A stretch of DNA of 54,011 bases, counting the filler, from Squatina squatina (lineage: Eukaryota), in the NCBI GenBank assembly GCA_031763465.1. It is 3 parts of 3 records of this genome, joined end to end, with 100 filler letters (N's around TTAATTAATTAA, not from the genome) between each part and the next. Parts side by side here need not be neighbours in the genome. Positions count along the whole stretch, not along the records: positions 39,837 to 54,011 come from JARFOE010000046.1; 2 more parts are not named here. The stretch is one strand, 5' to 3'. Shown in pieces: positions 50,701 through 54,011 of this stretch. The first letter of the stretch is position 1; the number at the start of each line of letters is the position of its first letter. The translations under genes were made by a program, and so were the position numbers. The notes under the pieces were generated by a model. That model made no database searches. It was not told the DNA's origin and worked only from the letters and a program-made list of their open reading frames with translations.

Positions 50701-51764
50701 AAACAGGAAATGTAATCTGGAAGAGTTGGCCCCCATAAAATGTTGTCATTGACATGTCACTCACTCAGATTCCACTTAACATTACATTGACCCCTTCCCC
50801 CTACAAAGCAAATAAATGCAATTTCCTCTCTTTACAGGTAACAGTAATTTAGGCAATAGCTTGCTACATGAATGCACTCACATTAAACGTTCCCTATCAA
50901 TTGTTAATTATGTACCATCTGATAGAATGCATATAATTTGACAACTAATCTAAATACATTAAATACCAGTAACTCACATTCACAGTTAAGAGCAAAATTA
51001 TCATAACCTAACTTAAAATGTGCTACTTGCTTTGTTAATCATAGGTTAACATTTGTCTGTAAAAATCAAACAACTTTGCAGTTTTCATTTAAATGCCTTT
51101 TTTAATAATTTGCTTCATGTTCACAGAAGTTCCACTGACCAGTTTTATATGTTTAAGGTCCAGATGCAATGCATATTGTATAAAAGAGAGCACTTAATAG
51201 TTTTACCTTGCATGAATAAACCTATGTACCTTTTAACTCTACAGACTTCTGCANNNNNNNNNNNNNNNNNNNNNNNNNNNNNNNNNNNNNNNNNNNNNNN
51301 NNNNNNNNNNNNNNNNNNNNNNNNNNNNNNNNNNNNNNNNNNNNNNNNNNNNNNNNNNNNNNNNNNNNNNNNNNNNNNNNNNNNNNNNNNNNNNNNTTAT
51401 TTACGTGTCTTCTAAAATATCTCTCATTTTGTGCTAAGTCAAATGTTAGCTCACATGAAAAGGACTCATTTCATTATAATTCAGCATATTATCTGACGAT
51501 TGCAAACACTTTTAATAGCTTGAACGTGTACAAAAGTATTGGTTAATTAGGGAAATAAACACTCAGTTTTTTTTTATCAAGTAGGAAACACAGTTCATAA
51601 TGTTATTACTTAGCAGCTGCTTACGGTTTACACGGTTGATAAGTGGACGAACATCCAGCGATGGGTGACAAGTCGAACTGTCAGTTGTGGAGGTTTGGTG
51701 GGTGGTGCTCCCTTGGAGTTAAACAGTTACAGTTTTACAGGAAGTGTTTTTAATTACAGTTATA
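47738..51764 (-). other. Putative long 3' UTR of PURA (three gapped pieces)
   Basis: AT-rich, no recognisable TE or splice-supported exon, directly downstream of the stop; AATAAA on the minus strand at about 47909, 48151 and 49574. Extent is inferred. Confidence 0.5.
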
Positions 51765-52905
<1,141 letters not shown>

Positions 52906-52995
52906 TGAGAGACGATCCGGGTCTCCGGACGCGGCTGCCAACTGTCAACCGCCGCCGCGCGCACGCGCGCAGACTCCACAGCCACACGCGGCTAA

Positions 52996-53340
52996 CCAGA
53001 CCAATCAGAAATCTGCTCTACTCCCGTTCCCCAGATGGGGGGGAAACCAATCAGAAATCTGCTCTTGTCCCTCTCCCAAGGAGGGCCCACTCTAAAATTT
53101 GCTCTTTTCCCTCTCCAAGGGGGAACCAATAAGAAATTTGATCATCCCTCCAAGGGGGAGCCAATCAGAAATCTGGCCAAAAACAAGAAATCTGTTCTTG
53201 TCCCTCTCCAAGGGAGACCCAATGAGAAATATGTTCTTGTCCCTCTCCAAGGGAGACCCAATCAGAAATCTGTTCTTGTCCCTCTCCAAGGGAGACCCAA
53301 TGAGAAATATGTTCTTGTCCCTCTCCAAGGGAGACCCAAT
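52996..53340. repeat. 39-bp tandem repeat carrying CCAAT boxes immediately upstream of PURA, truncated by gap
   Basis: Unit cccaat(c/g)agaaat(c/a)tgttcttgtccctctccaagggaga; CCAAT at 53001, 53047, 53126, 53161, 53219, 53258, 53297, 53336. Confidence 0.9.
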
Positions 53341-53440
53341 NNNNNNNNNNNNNNNNNNNNNNNNNNNNNNNNNNNNNNNNNNNNNNNNNNNNNNNNNNNN
53401 NNNNNNNNNNNNNNNNNNNNNNNNNNNNNNNNNNNNNNNN

Positions 53441-53535
53441 CTCGCGAGACTGCAGTGGGGGGAAGGGACATTCCGTTAGAACCTCGCCGATTGGCCCGGC
53501 TTTCCCGAACGCCGCGCCGCTGGCCAATCGCTAGT
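53441..53535. promoter_or_regulatory. CpG-rich promoter segment
   Basis: CTCGCGAGA (BANP/M22-type motif, first base in gap), opposed CCAAT boxes GATTGG (about 53489) and GGCCAATC (about 53522); NRF1-type GCGCACGCGC at about 52959. Confidence 0.6.
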
Positions 53536-54011
53536 TGCTTTACAAAGCTCTCCCCTTTACCTCGCGGTCTGCCTCCAACTGCTCAAGTATCGCAGAAAAG
53601 CAAGCTGCGGGCTGCCCTCGACAAAGTGAGACATTGAGCACCGACAATACGGGCAAAGTGCGCTGGGAACAGGATTCTGGTCGCGTTCGATTGCAATGAG
53701 GATTTCTAGTCATCCCTTTTTTTTGCTACCGCTGGAAATTGTTCAGTGCTATTCTCCCACAGTAGAACATAGTATGCTAATCTTGCACTAGATGTTTATT
53801 GCCTGATAATTAAGCTAATTTTGATAAACATTTAGGCTCAACAAATGTTGAAGCATAACCATAATGCCAAACGCAATGCAACTATGTTATTGTAATTCAT
53901 ATAAATATCAGCAGTTGATAACCAAAATGGCTGCATTCCCTAATGAATCCATAAAGCTATTACATAAATAATATACAGTGAATAAATCAGAGACATTTAT
54001 GTATTGGCACT

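Noticed and set aside
53035-53637. 200-aa ORF upstream of PURA
   Set aside because: Translation of the 39-bp repeat read through an N gap into another contig.

Overview
Vertebrate nuclear DNA, very probably from a cartilaginous fish, inferred from a SacSINE1/Deu-type SINE, many CR1-type LINE 3' tails, Harbinger remnants and a GPR139-like receptor. It is not contiguous sequence. Contigs of about 1-3 kb are joined by mostly 100-N placeholder gaps, and two artificial N44-TTAATTAATTAA-N44 linkers (23468-23567, 39737-39836) split the window into three blocks. Block 1 contains a partial GPR139-like GPCR, an S/T/P-rich exon with a 45-bp coding repeat, a 28-bp satellite, three SH3PXD2A (Tks5) exons, an orphan ghrelin/neurotensin-clade GPCR, one RRP12 exon and three ALDH18A1 exons. 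Block 2 contains a CFAP54 exon, an unidentified spliced minus-strand transcript with a promoter-like segment, two MINAR2-like exons and a Harbinger remnant. Block 3 contains a PARM1-like terminal exon and an intronless PURA with an atypical acidic N-terminus, a long putative 3' UTR and a CCAAT-box tandem repeat upstream. Gene identities come from my recollection of vertebrate orthologue sequences, not from database searches. I found no CRISPR array or prokaryotic-type system, and I cannot support a wholly new biological system. The best leads are the frame-shifted poly-Gly/acidic tract of PURA, the PARM1-like paralogue and the two orphan GPCRs.
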